The translations under genes and the position numbers were made by a program. 64,000 nucleotides of DNA, from positions 25,278,240-25,342,239 of the forward strand of contig NC_068987.1 in NCBI RefSeq assembly GCF_001194135.2, given 5' to 3'. Below the pieces are notes generated by a model. The model worked only from the letters and a program-made list of their open reading frames with translations, was not told the origin of the DNA and made no database searches. Source of the stretch: Octopus bimaculoides (lineage: Eukaryota). Below, one piece after another: positions 50,609 to 63,266 of this stretch (within the stretch, counting starts at the first letter, position 1; the number at the start of each line of letters is the position of its first letter).

Positions 50609-50672
50609 CTAAGGTCTTTTCATACATTTTAAAAACTTGATGTGTTTCGAGGGAGACTCGGTTGTTGTTTCT

Positions 50673-50906
50673 TATTTCTTTATTGCCCACAAGGGGCTAA
50701 ACATAGAAGGGACAAACAAGGACATACAAAGGGGTTAAGTCGATTACATCGACCCCAGTGTGTAGCTGGTACTTAATTTATCGACCCCGAAAGGATGAAA
50801 GGTAAAGTCGACCTCGGCGGAATTTGAACTCAGAACGTTACGGCAGACGAAATACCGGTAAGCATTTCGCCCGGCGTGCTAACGTTTCTGCCAGCTCGCC
50901 GCCTTA
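50673..50906 (-). mobile_element. SINE family B, full length, tail type 2, 15-bp TSD (14/15)
   Basis: Tail (element strand) ...tatgtttagccccttgtgggcaataaagaaataag. TSD tcggttgttgtttct 50658-72 / tcggttgctgtttct 50907-21. Confidence 0.95.
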
Positions 50907-51153
50907 TCGGTTGCTGTTTCTAGAATGCCGTGCAGCCATATAATGGCTCTCCTATTAGCTTGGGTCTGGTCTCACTGTGAAATTAGCCCCATGAGAAACT
51001 TTCCGTAGCTTCGGTTGTGAAATGAATTCGGCTGCTGTTTCTAGAAAGCCGTGCAACCAAACCATATACTGGTCCCAATATTAGCTTGTGTCTGGTCTCA
51101 CTGTGAAATTCACCCCATGAAAAAATTTTCTATAGCTTTGGTTACGAAATGAA
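50907..51153. repeat. About 121-bp tandem duplication (2 diverged units)
   Basis: 50907-51027 and 51028-51153 share tcgg(t/c)tgctgtttctagaa, tattagcttg.gtctggtctcactgtgaaatt and gaaatgaa. Confidence 0.9.
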
Positions 51154-51589
51154 CCCATTGATTTCGTGTTACTGTTCAAGATTCGCTTACCTCCCTTGAC
51201 AAGTTGTTGGGATAAAGTTACTTCTTTAAATGAGAATGTGCCTAGTCACATAATCATTTGCATAATGGTACAAGACTGACAGCTTGAAAATATTTACAAA
51301 ATTTCCAACGCAGCGTGTGTTATGAACAGATAATGTATATAGTTATATCTATATGTATGTAATTTAGCAACGAGACTAAATATAGATATGGCTCTCTATA
51401 TTTATTCATAGCTCTGCGTTGGTAAGATACGAAGGCGGAGAATTAGCAGAATCGTTGGTGCATAGAACAGAACACTTTGCAGTATTCGTTCCGATGCTCT
51501 GAGTTCAAATCCTGTTGATGCCAACTTGGTTTTTCATTTATTCGATATCATTAAATGAAGTACCATTTCAATATTGAACTTTATTTTAT

Positions 51590-51770
51590 TTTTTGCTGCG
51601 TGTATGTTGGGGAACCCTCTTGAAGGGTTTAGTCGAACAAATCAACCCGCATGCTTTTTAAAAGCTTGGTACATATTCTATCGACGTTCTTTGCCGAACC
51701 GCTACGTTACGGGGACACAAATAAACCAACAACGGTTGTCAAGTGATGGGGGAGGGTGGACACACAAGTA

Positions 51771-51826
<56 letters not shown>

Positions 51827-51960
51827 AGATGGTTTCCGTCTACCAAATTCACTCGCAAAGCATTGCCTTGCCCGAAACTGTAGTAGAAAACACCCAAGGT
51901 ATCTCGCATTGTGACTGGACCCGAAATTACGTGGTTAAACAGCGAATTTCTTAACCACAT
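51590..51960 (-). mobile_element. SINE family C, diverged, near full length
   Basis: gccgaaccgctacgttacggggac...(CA)n...tttccgtctaccaaattcactc...ttcttaaccaca. Confidence 0.8.
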
Positions 51961-52791
51961 TGTTATGATTTCACCTGTTTGCTTTTCACAAGATCAACAT
52001 TCTGCTTTATTTCAATATAATTTTTCTTTCGAAATACTTTTTGTTGTTGCTTCGACTCGAACCAACCCTTATCGAACAGAACTAGGATCAAAAGCATTAC
52101 AGCCACGGTTCTTTTGCCGAACCGTTTGTCAAACGGTGATAGGGGAACAAAACCATTCATAAGGCTTTGGTCAGCCCGAGGGTACAGTAGAAGACACTTG
52201 TCCGAGGTACCACGCAATGGGAGATAATTTATTTTTAGAACTGCATTGTACGCTAGGTGTGAAAGGCTGGATCTAACTCTAACCCTAACCATAAAACAAG
52301 TAGAATCTTTAGGCCATATGTAGCCGGTTTAAATGTTAAAGAGTTGAAGAAGATTTAGGCTATATTTCTTGTATGCTGACCATGTAGAGGCTTCAGAGAA
52401 GTATTAGATGCATACTGGGTCTATTATTGACAGGGTTGTCTTTCACGTTGGTTAAAATGAAATCATCAATTGATGACCAGTAAAATTATTTTACCACATA
52501 GCCAGGTACCATCTCCGACTAGCAGTCAAAGGGTGCTCTTACTCAACGTTGACGACCAACAATTCTGCATTTTTAGATCCGGGTTCAGAACAAGGTTTGT
52601 CAATATAGCGTTGTTGCAACAGTTGATTTATTACTTCAAAAGATTTATTCATTACTTAAAAAGACGACTCACCGTCGTGATATTCAAGGTGTCTTCTTGT
52701 TACCAGACATTATCACGTCCTCGGTGTTTATTGGTGAACCGGTCGAGTAGATTCAGCTAAGTATATTGAAACTTACGTAAAAAGTTAAACG

Positions 52792-52872
<81 letters not shown>

Positions 52873-53039
52873 CCTCTTTCTGTCAATCTGACTTTTTCTC
52901 TCTCATTCACTCTCTTAGTATATTTTCTCTTTCTTTTTGCCCTTCTCTCTCGTTCTATTTATGTTAAGTGCAAAATCCGATTGCAGTAGTGAGAGGTAGG
53001 TATGTACCACAGTGGTCTGATGTTTCATTGGTATACATA

Positions 53040-53555
53040 GTTTATCTTTTACTTGTTTCAGTCACTGCTCTGCGGCCGTGCTAGGACACCGCCTTGGAAG
53101 TTTTAGTTGAGGAAATCGATTCCAGTACTTACTTTTATATTTCAAGTCTAGTATTAATCTTATCCGTCTCAATGCCGAACCGCTAAATTACGGGAGCAAA
53201 CAAACCAGTATCGGTTGTCAAGCAGTGGTCTCTCTCTGACACACACACAATGGTCTGGTTGGAGACCCAACCTTCCGAGTTCTTTTACGGGCCTTAGAAA
53301 AACTGAAGGATCGCTGCAATAAGTGTGTGAATCTGAGAGGGGAATATTTTAAATAAAATCATAATTAACTAATCCCCCTGCATTTTAAAAAAAATCTAAA
53401 GCTACGAACTTTTTTAGCATCTTTTCGTATATGAAACGGGCTTCTTTCAGTTTCTGTCAACTAAATCCACTCATGAGGCTTTTGTCGGTCCGGGGCTAGA
53501 GTACAAGATATTTGTCCAAGTTGTCATGCTGTGGGACTGACCCCGGAACCATGCA
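53040..53555 (-). mobile_element. SINE family C split by a mariner fragment at its central microsatellite
   Basis: 3' half at 53040-53248; 5' half at about 53430-53555 (gggcttctttcagtttctg...gtgggactgaccccggaaccatg). Confidence 0.8.
53250..53420 (+). pseudogene. Mariner transposase extreme C-terminus plus right end
   Basis: VWLETQPSEFFY(frameshift)RALEKLKDRCNKCVNLRGEYFK* (stop 53354-56) fits the mariner FY..G..KL..RW.KC....GEY.E terminus; followed by about 60 bp ending aaagctacgaacttttttagca. Confidence 0.8.
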
Positions 53556-53712
53556 ATGTTAAATGAAGATTAGTTTTAAACTAAAATGCTTGAAACTTAT
53601 ACTGTACTACGGTGAAGAGAGAATAATTTCGTGGATGCAAATGGTTTTCTCNNNNNNNNNNNNNNNNNNNNNNNNNNNNNNNNNNNNNNNNNNNNNNNNN
53701 NNNAGGAAGGAG

Positions 53713-54113
53713 AAGGCGGCGAGCTGGCGGTAACGTTAGCACGACGGGCGAAATGTTTAGCGGTATTTCATCTGCCGTTACGTTCTGAGTTCAAATTCCG
53801 CCGAGGTCGACTTTGCCTTTCATCCTTTCGGGGTCGAGAAATTAAGTACCAGTTACGCACTGGGGTCGATGTAATCGACTTAATCCGTTCGTCTGTTCTT
53901 GTTTGTTCCCTCTATGTTTAGCCCCTTGTGGGCAATAACGAAATAGGTATTTCATCTGTCTTTGCGTTCTGAGCTCAAATTCCGCCGAGGTCGGCTTTGC
54001 CTTTCATCCCTTCGGGGTCGATAAATTAAGTACCAGTTGCGTACTGAGGTCGATCTGATCGACTGGCCCCTCTCCAAAACTTTTGGGCCTTGTGCCTAAA
54101 GTAGAAAAGAATA
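53713..54113 (+). mobile_element. SINE family B dimer: full tail-2 unit joined to a 5'-truncated tail-1 unit
   Basis: 53713-53946 ends gggcaataacgaaatag; 53947-54113 restarts at gtatttcatctg and ends gtagaaaagaata. Confidence 0.92.
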
Positions 54114-54715
54114 AAGAGGGAAAAAGCAAAAAAGAATTTGTGAATCTCTGAACATGACTTGGGGGCGAATTATAAGTGTAGACTGTCTGCGTGGAGAAAT
54201 TTGTAATTTTAGTAAATTCATGGGTGTGTTTAATGTATATCTTGGTCTTAGGGCTAAAGCTGCTTTTTTTTTTTAATGTAGGGTTTTACAGATGTCAGCG
54301 GAAGATTCAATTTTAAAAATCAATGTGTGTTTACGTGAACTAAAATAATATATAAACTTCCAGCTTCAGCAGAGGAAAATCCTACGCACAAGATATTGAT
54401 CAGCCTGAGGCTATACTGGACAAGGGATGGAACAGAGAACCATCTAACTGCGTGGCCGACTTCTTAATATAACTGCTAGGTCGGCGCCTGTGAGAGTGGT
54501 TAAGAATTTCGCTTCGTGTCCACCGTGGTTTCTGGTTCTATATCCGACATCATGTGGCACCTTCAGCAAGTATCTTCTAATATACCTTCGAGATTTCGGG
54601 TTGACCAATTTAGCTAACGTAACCTGTGCAAAAGCTTCTGTGCGTGTGTGAATGAATAGATAGATAGATGGAGAGAGAGAGAGAGACAGGCAGACAGACA
54701 AAAGCATATTCTTTC

Positions 54716-55599
54716 TAAGTAGTGATTTTTCTGGTTCGGTAAATTTTTGTAATAGCGTATTTAAATATCTTTAAAAGTGCAATAATTGACTGTGGATACA
54801 TGATATAAGTATGGAGATCAGTGGAAGAAATACTGTATATACTGTTTTATGTAATGAAATGATTTGGATCCGTTTAGGATAGTTTGTTAAGCAGTAGTTA
54901 ATAAACGTAAGACGAAAAGAAAATATCTAAAATTAACGTAAAAATTCATTCAAGGGAGGCAACTCGAAGTTTATTTGTAAATATTAACGTTTATTTCCCA
55001 TGCATAAAGTCAAGGAAACGTTTGTTCGTTATGCTTCTGTTGAAGTGACAGTAATCACTGAGCTCGTCTTTCTATTTATTTATTATTTATTTATGTATTT
55101 ATTTATCATTTATAGAATTGTTGGGATTTCCCAGAAACTAAGTCCTCGACACGTGTGTAGGTTCTTCCATATTGAGCGTTTAATAATACGTTATACTGTT
55201 GAAATTATCCATGATATCTCTTACATCTTTCATGGTAGTTTTAGAAATAGTCTGTATAGGACTGTGTGGTTGAAGAAGCTCGTTTTGATACCACGTCGTT
55301 TCGAGTTCGGTCCCACAGCAAAGAATCTTGACCAAGCGTCATTTGCTTGTGAGTGGATTTTGGTAAATGAAACTGTGGAAGACCGGCGTATGTATGTGTG
55401 TGTGAGAGAGAGAGAGGGGGGGGGTGAGAGTGTGTGTGTGTGGGTATCCTTTTTAAGTAGTAATTTTTCTGGTCTGGTTTATTTTTGTAATAGCTTTTTT
55501 TAAAATAGTCATTAAAATGCAATAATTTTCTCTAGAGATATGATATAAGGATGGGGTCAATGGAAGAAATACTGTATATACTGTTTAATGCGATGAAAT
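54716..55599. repeat. Diverged direct repeat of about 145 bp (54716-54860 and 55454-55599)
   Basis: Both copies contain taagtag..atttttctgg, tttttgtaatagc, tgcaataatt, atgatataag and tggaagaaatactgtatatactgttt; each is preceded by a SINE C-like head and a (GA)n run. Confidence 0.85.
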
Positions 55600-57266
55600 A
55601 GTTTGTTCGCCCTCTACCACTTCTGAACCTGAAATGGTTTGTTTACGTCCTTCTAACGATTTTGGTAAAAGAGACTGCTATGATAAATACCAGACTTTTA
55701 AAAACAAAAATGGTACTGAAGTTGATTTGTTCTACGAAAATCTTCAAGGTAGATCTCCAGTATGGCCGCAATCCGATGACTGAAATAAAAGTTAAAAGCT
55801 TAACTACTACATAAATTTGTCGACTTAGCAAAACCCAGAAGTATTTGAACTAGTTCCTTTTTATAACACTAAAAGGCTATGACAAAATCTCTTATTTATG
55901 TTTTTATTGTTGAACGTATGTAGTGTATTGAATTGACAATGTTGTATTACGGGCATTTTATTCAATTTCTCTCTTATATATTAAGTAATCACTTGTCAGG
56001 TAGTCAATCGATAAATCTCTATGTTCTCTGATAAACCTATAGACATACATCTTGCGTTACCACAACTCAATTCACAATACTTTTTCTCGAAATTTCACTG
56101 TCACAAACTTGCCTTATCACACACTCCCCCCTCTCTCTCTCTCTCTTTCTTTTTATCTGCGTACCTATACATACATTTATCCATCTCTCTAACATATTTT
56201 TACTCTTTCACACTCAATGTTCATCTCTCACATATATCCAGTGCCTTTACCTGCGCGCACATATGAGGCGTTCATGGTGTTTTGTATCAGTCCTTTACTA
56301 AACTTGGGCAAATGCCCACATACACATGAATATCCAAGCCGAAACCGTACTAGAGTTGATATTTCATATATATATATATAATTCTGTGTGTGTGTGTAGT
56401 CACGTAGTGAGGCAGCTGATATGGACATTTTTACTGACCTGAAAGAGTTATTTGCTGCAAGCTATTGTCTATGAATAAATAACATTCGTAAAATAAGTTT
56501 GTGAATTGTGATGTATCGAGCAGGACCTTTCTTCGAGGTAAAAATTCGAGAGCTGTACTACTCCGTTGTTACCTTAAAGATGATGTACATACTTCATAAC
56601 AGACACACACATGCACGCATATTCATGGATCTCTGTCAGTTTTTACGATGAGTTATCCAACTGCTCCATTAATAAAACGGCTTGAATAATTCATTGAATT
56701 ATAATGTAACTAGCTGAGTATAGGCACATCTATCCTTAACGTGTACTCAAGCAGAATCATTACGACAGAATGTGACAAAGTTGACCATTTGAATTTCCAA
56801 GGAGATCTCATATATTCCGTTTCATTCACAAGGCTTGGCGCGACCTTGCTCAAGATGCTGCGCAGTCTGAAACCATTGTATCGATGAACTCGGTTGACAT
56901 TATGGTTTCAAGTTTTCGTAGCACAGAGAATAATAGTTCTCTGTGTGGAACCGTCTGGTAAAAAAACGTTATAAGTGTAAGATTACATAAATGTTTGGGA
57001 AGAAAGATTTGGATCTGTGCAGGGTTACAGAGATTGCGACAAGTTTCTTGGAAACATTAAAGAATATTTATAATTCGTCAAATATCAACTTTTTTTTCTT
57101 TTTGCGTATTGGTTTTTGATTGGCCGACACTTTAATGTTCACCCCCAATCAAGTCTTTGAATTTGTAGCACAGGCATTAAGAGGGAACTTTGTTTTCATT
57201 GAGAGTTTGATGTGATCAATAAAAGAGTAATTTGTGCTTTGGCGGTATTATTTTCACTTGGTCTAG

Positions 57267-57474
57267 GACGGTGAAATGGCACAATTGTTAGCACTCCGGT
57301 TACAATGCTTAGTGGCATTTCTTCCGGCTTTACGTCGAGTCCAGATTCTGATTCTGCCGAAATCTGCTTTACCTTTTATCCTTTCGGGGTCGATAAAATA
57401 CCAGCTGACACTGGGTTCGATGTAATCGACCAGTCACCGCCCACCAAAATTTCCGACCTTCTGCCTATAGTAGA
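57267..57474 (+). mobile_element. SINE family B, old copy
   Basis: ttatcctttcggggtcgataaaataccagc...gtaatcgacc; flanked by imperfect attattttcacttg / attatttttcacttg. Confidence 0.7.
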
Positions 57475-59574
57475 ATTATTTTTCACTTGACTTGGTCAGG
57501 GTCTTTTACCTGCTGTTTTGATTGTCACTGCTTAGGTTAGCTGTGAGTACCTCATTAATTTCATTTAGCTTTAGAGTATAAGTCGCAACATGTGTCCAAA
57601 CTATACTCACGAATGACTGCTGGCTGTACTGCAATTAGAAACTGTACATAGCGTCTGTAAGAAAAAATACGAAATTCTGTTCTTGTTGGTGCTTGTATTT
57701 ACATTAACATTATCGAATGAACAAAACAGGATCAGTGAATCCGTTGGATAATAGTTGTCTTCTTTCAAATTATCAACAGGGTGTACAGATTAACGTTAAC
57801 GAGAGACACCTTGTCAGCAAGGTTTCTAAATTTGTCAGCGACACGGGATTATCATCAGTAAAGACATCGCCAGAAAAGCGACAGTTTTAGACAGTAAGTG
57901 TTGATCAGTAAGAGGCGTGGAGCAAATACCGACATAAAAAATAAATTCTTTTAATGATACAATATACTGATGCTTTACGGTTCGATTCTGAACTCTGGTA
58001 TTTTCATTACTTTTATTTATTCATTTGTTTATCTACTGAAAATAAAATATATAACCTGTCAGTGGTAGATTTAGAGTAGGCCTTGACATGACGTCCATCC
58101 CACTTGAAGCAGTTATTTTTGTGTTTTCACTGGTATCTTAAAGGCATCTGATTCACAATTTTTAATATTAGGTGACTTACTGCAAGCAGCTATCTAGAAA
58201 CTCAATATTTTGACATTGTAAGCCGACAATTATTTACTTTAGTTCAAATATTCATAGTGTCAGTAGAACTGTTTCATATCAGCTATCTATAGTTCTGAGC
58301 AGTTCATAAATGGATATTATGTAAGCCATAGGAGAATTCGTTTTCTTTTATTTCTAAAATATTCATTCATTTAATAATTTGTGCTCTAAATATGTAAAAG
58401 ACATAGCATTGAACAAATTAACAAAACATTTAACTCAAATACTAATGTCCATTTTCAGCATTAAATATAATTAGTTTTTATATTATGATCTGAAACTGCT
58501 GTGAAAATCATTTGTAACTTTGTGAATGCAGTGATTTCCATTAAAACAAGCATAAAGCTATTAAGAACATCAAATGTATTTCATTCTATAGCATTTTCTA
58601 ACAACAAACTGTGGGCGTTAATAAATTCCAGAAATATGCTACATCATTCTAGCTTTATTCTTCATTGAATAAAATATTCTTTGAACGCAGGATTTGACAT
58701 TAACATAATTTATAGAATAGCAAAATTAGTAGAGAAGTAACGTGTATCAAAAATAGTTTTAGAATGGTAGAATATTGCTAACGAGCAACGTGTGCAGGTA
58801 ATGTAAGCTCTATGACTATGTATGTCATTCTCGAGGTGGCTGCACAAGTGAGTGGACAAGCGAAAGAGAAAAGGCACTCAACACATTTAGTAGAAGTTTT
58901 ATGTATTATTTAAAACAGTTTGATTCGACTCCATGTTATTTTATATTTCACGACTGAAGGAAGCTTCCTGGATTTTCAGTTTGTGTGAAACACTTGCTAT
59001 TACTGAAGTTAATCCGTGAAATTTCATACAATAAAAAAATAAATAATAGTTAATTCATTTTCGGTGAAGAATGAATAATCAGAAGTTTTGGCCTTTTTCA
59101 GGAAGGGTGCGTGAGAGAGAGAGGGAGAAAGAGAGAGGTGTTATCTGTTGGGCTAAATTGCAACTGGGGGGAAAAGATCAAGGAAGTAGATGAGCGATGA
59201 ATAAGGGTAGACATGTTGGTGGGAAGTGGAGTACGGGTAGGTAAAGTAGTGGGAGGAATTAAGGTGTGAGAGAGGTCATAAAATTTAATCGAATTGGAAG
59301 GGAGATGATGAGAAGCAGACTAGTAACGTGGGGTTGAGAAAATTGAGCAAGGAAGTGAGGGTCAGAAATACATATGTACAATAATTCAGTCACAAATGCA
59401 GACAAGATAGGAAAATAAAAGGTGGAGGGTGATGAGCAGCAGCAATTAGGCGATTGGGAATGAGTTAGAGGGGTAGTTCTGAAAAAAGAATTTATAAAAA
59501 TCGTTGAAAGAAAATATATTTAACACTTTAACACCTACCCAAAGAATTTTTAAAGTTTGTCCTAGACGTTCATG

Positions 59575-59758
59575 TTTATTTTCTGACTTAGTTATCCGTT
59601 GTTCCATACGTTCTGAGTAATGTAACGCTTTCCTTTCATATAACCCAAGTTACTCTGGTGGTTAAAAAGAATTGGAGATGTGTGTCGTATATGATGCATG
59701 GACACCAGGGAAATGTTTTGAGTGTCATATGTGATACTCAGGACAGGCAAAAGGTTAA
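59575..59758. mobile_element. Second, diverged copy of the piggyBac-like MITE
   Basis: Shares ttagttatcc, tgatgcatggac.ccagggaaat, gtgatac and gacaggcaa with 50443-50612; ends in TTAA. Confidence 0.5.
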
Positions 59759-60954
59759 GGAATTATTAGTTATGAGGAATTGTAAAGGAAAAGAATCCAG
59801 AATCTTATGATACGACCAGAATTATAAAAACAAAAATGTACACAGAAGGGAGACAGTATAGATGCTTGTGTATTCAACTGTACTATTGAGGAAGTGATAA
59901 ACTCTAAATTTCTAGGGATGCAAATTTAGCATTAAACTATTCTGCGAGGCAACTGCCTCCGCTGCCTTATTAGCTACAAACCTGTCTGACAAAGGATGTG
60001 AACAGAGAGAACCATCGTACTGTCATATTTTTTTTAAAGACAACCAAGTTCATTGATCTGTCTGTAGAGCCAACTGTCTGTCTTTGATAATTCGAAATTG
60101 TTGCTTTTGTCTTCTTAAACTCTCCCGTATTCCTTCAGCATGATTTTGTTTGTTTGTTTGTTTACTTTTTTAGCATGGCTTTTGATTTATTTTTTTGTTC
60201 TGTTATTTAGTTACTTTGTGAAGCATGACTTATTCTTGCAACCCATTTGTTTGTTTCATCTCCTGATCTCAACCTTGCTTTCAACTATTTCCCTTCCTTC
60301 TACCTGTTTGTCTCCCTTCTATCCTTATCAGTCTGTCTGTCGTCGTTCTTTACTCGTCTATAGCTGTTTCTCTCCCCACTTTCTCTCTCTACTTTTCTTT
60401 CTTCCTCAGTTTCTGTGTCTCATATACTTTTCTTTTCCTTTTTTACCTTTACCTTACCCCATCATTTTCCTTTACTCTCTATTTTTCACTCTCACTCTCT
60501 TCTCTTTCCAGTTCTTCTCCTACTTTCTCAACTTCCATTTCACTCCTCTGTTACTCTCTGTTCTCTCTTAACTTCCTCTTTCTTCTCAGCCTATATATTC
60601 ACTTGTGCATCACATACCCTAGCTTTATTTCTATCCGCAGCCTTTACACACCTTAACATTTGAATCAATCTAGAACTCTCGTACTCCCAATTCTCCATTG
60701 TTGTTACTAAGCTTGATTTCTTTCCCACAAACCGATTGACCATTCTTGTGATATGTGACATTTTGTTAACCTTTGAATTTTGACTTCTGTATATTTATCT
60801 TGCCATGCTGTTAATTAACCAAATTAACCCTTGACGTATCCCATTTTTTTGCCATTTCTCGTGTATATCTGAAATGTCTTCAATAAGCAGGCGAACCTTC
60901 CACTGTTTCTAACCGCATGGCATGTTACCTCTAACACATTCCTTTTCATTTCAG

Positions 60955-61008
60955 ACGTTACTGAGAATGGCCTCTACGAACGTACTTATAAATCATCGAA
61001 AGACTCGG
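60955..61008 (+). CDS. Candidate 54-nt internal exon of an unidentified host gene
   Basis: Branch point CTAAC (60931-35), polypyrimidine tract cattccttttcatttcag|, donor CGG|GTAAGT. Length is a multiple of 3. Two of three phases are open (VTENGLYERTYKSSKDS, or TLLRMASTNVLINHRKTR with a strong-context ATG). Confidence 0.5.
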
Positions 61009-62405
61009 GTAAGTTGTGTGTATTTCAGCTTAAGACCGGAAGCCACTTCTGACATTCAACAGGATGTCATGCTGTTGGTAGTTGATAATCAAATGTATTC
61101 GTTAGTACCGATATGGTTAATGCAGAGGAGGTGGTGGGGAAGAATTAAAAGGATTCACTAACAATAATTACACATTAAAGGAAAAATATAAGATTTAGCA
61201 AAAGACTGATATTTTATTTCAATTTCTTTTGTATGTATGGGAGGCGACTCTGAATATGTTTCAGGCATATTATGGTCTCATCCGTAAAGCACACCCTTCA
61301 TCATAATTGCTACTTGCTGAAGTGAGAATGAAAGACTCACCAAATATATTAATTCACTTGTCAAAAAAAAAAAAAGTCGAAAAGAAAAGAAAGGGTATCT
61401 AAGTATATACAAATGTTTTTTAACACTAAAGTGCTAAGAGGTTACTATACCATATCGTTGTCTTGACTATTTCACTGAAAAGGAAAGAATTCATTATTTG
61501 ACTCGTGTGTAGCCTGAGAGGCTGACATGAAAACGGTCAGTTAATATTCCATGTTAGTCAACAAAACATTAATATCTACTCAAATTTATTAGTTGTTATT
61601 GTCAAAACGAGTTCGTTTGTTTTGTGTTGTGTCGTGTAATGTTCGGTGTGGTACAGACCTTGCGGATAAGATTTAAACGATTGTAGATGAACGGTACATG
61701 ATACTATTGCATTATTCATACACTCCCAAAAGTCTGTAAAGTTATTTTCGTTTTCGGCTCTTATATCTAATATATTCCTTTATATTTCTTTGTAAAAGAA
61801 ATTTCTACCAGGTATGCTTCCTGCATTACTTGTTGCAGTATAAAATTCGTCTAGTCTTTAGCCTCAAAATAAAACGAAACATAATTATGCCAAAAAAAAA
61901 AAGCAAGTAAAGAAAGAAAGAAAAAATAAAAAAAGAATTGAAAATAGAAATTTTCTAGCAGAAATGATATCATATAGTAAATTGAAAACAATTTAGCGTT
62001 ATATATAAGGCTTGATTTCTTGTATTTTAAAAATGTAGCGATCGTTACATATTGTGGAGTTATATATGCAATGTTACAGATCCATTACAGTCGATCTTAC
62101 TAATCGGTGGTTTCGCACAGGATATTAAGCAACCAGCTAATTATGTAATAACTGCGAGTGTCAGAGATGGATTTTTCTGTATCCACCCCGTTTCTGACGA
62201 CCACTGTTATTAGATAATCACCTGATTATCTAATATCCTGTACGAAACTGATTGGTAAGATTAGCTGTAATGGATCTATAATATTGTATATTTTGATTAA
62301 TATAAATGGATTTCTGGATTATTCTGTATGTGTATTGAGGCTAATTTGAACGTAATGTATGTTGAAGATTTTGGAGTTTTTTTCTTTTCATGTGTGTGTG
62401 TGTGT

Positions 62406-62787
62406 GGAGGCGCAATGGCCCAGTGGTTAGGGCAGCGGACTCGCGGTTTCGATTCCCAGACCAGGCCTTGTGAGTATTTACTGAGCGAAAACACCTAAAG
62501 CTCCACGAGGCTCCGGCAGGGGATGGTGGCGAACCCTGCTGTACTCTTTCAACACAACTTTCTCTCACTCTTTTTTCTTGTTTCTGTTGTGCCTGTAATT
62601 CAAAGGGGCCAGCCTTGTCACACTGTGTCACGCTGAATCTCCCCGAAAACTACGTTAAGGGTACACGTGTCTGTGGAGTGCTCAGCCACTTGCATGTTAA
62701 TTATACGAGCAGGCTGTTCCGTTGATCGGATCAACTGGAACCCTCGATGTCGTAAGCGACGGAGTGCCAACAACAACAACAACAACA

Positions 62788-62788
<1 letters not shown>
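62406..62788 (+). mobile_element. SINE family A with (CAA)n tail, embedded in a (TG)n array
   Basis: ggaggcgcaatggcccagtgg...gacggagtgccaacaacaacaac; TG repeats on both sides. Confidence 0.95.
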
Positions 62789-62861
<73 letters not shown>

Positions 62862-63234
62862 TACCGTGATGTCGGTTTCATAATGACACAGTAAGGAAGA
62901 AAAAATCATGAATAAACATGTCAAGTTATCACTCAAATTGTTTGGCCGTAATGCGCCTGAAAATATATAAATTCACAAGTATCTCAGCCGGCCTCTCATG
63001 ACATTTTCATTTAAGTTGCATTATGATTAGTAGGGTCGATCACGTTCTACACAGAAACAAAGTAAGTCATTGATTTGATCAGTGAGAAGGTAAGGTAGTA
63101 ACTATGCAGTTTCGTCATGAGATGCTGCCAAGAGGATTTAGCTAAGCCAATGGGCAAGATATTCTTCCTTTTTCTCATTCGTTTTTTCTTTGTCTCTTAC
63201 TCCTTCCTCACACCTACCCCTGTCTCTCTCCCTA

Positions 63235-63266
<32 letters not shown>

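Noticed and set aside
50247-50690. 147-aa minus-strand ORF
   Set aside because: It spans a MITE, a mariner fragment in antisense and other repeat fragments; a chance composite.
57800-57865. Minus-strand hammerhead candidate CTGATGA...GAAACCTTG-ctga-CAAGGT-G
   Set aside because: Stem III is good, but position 17 would be G, stem II is weak and no stem I forms.
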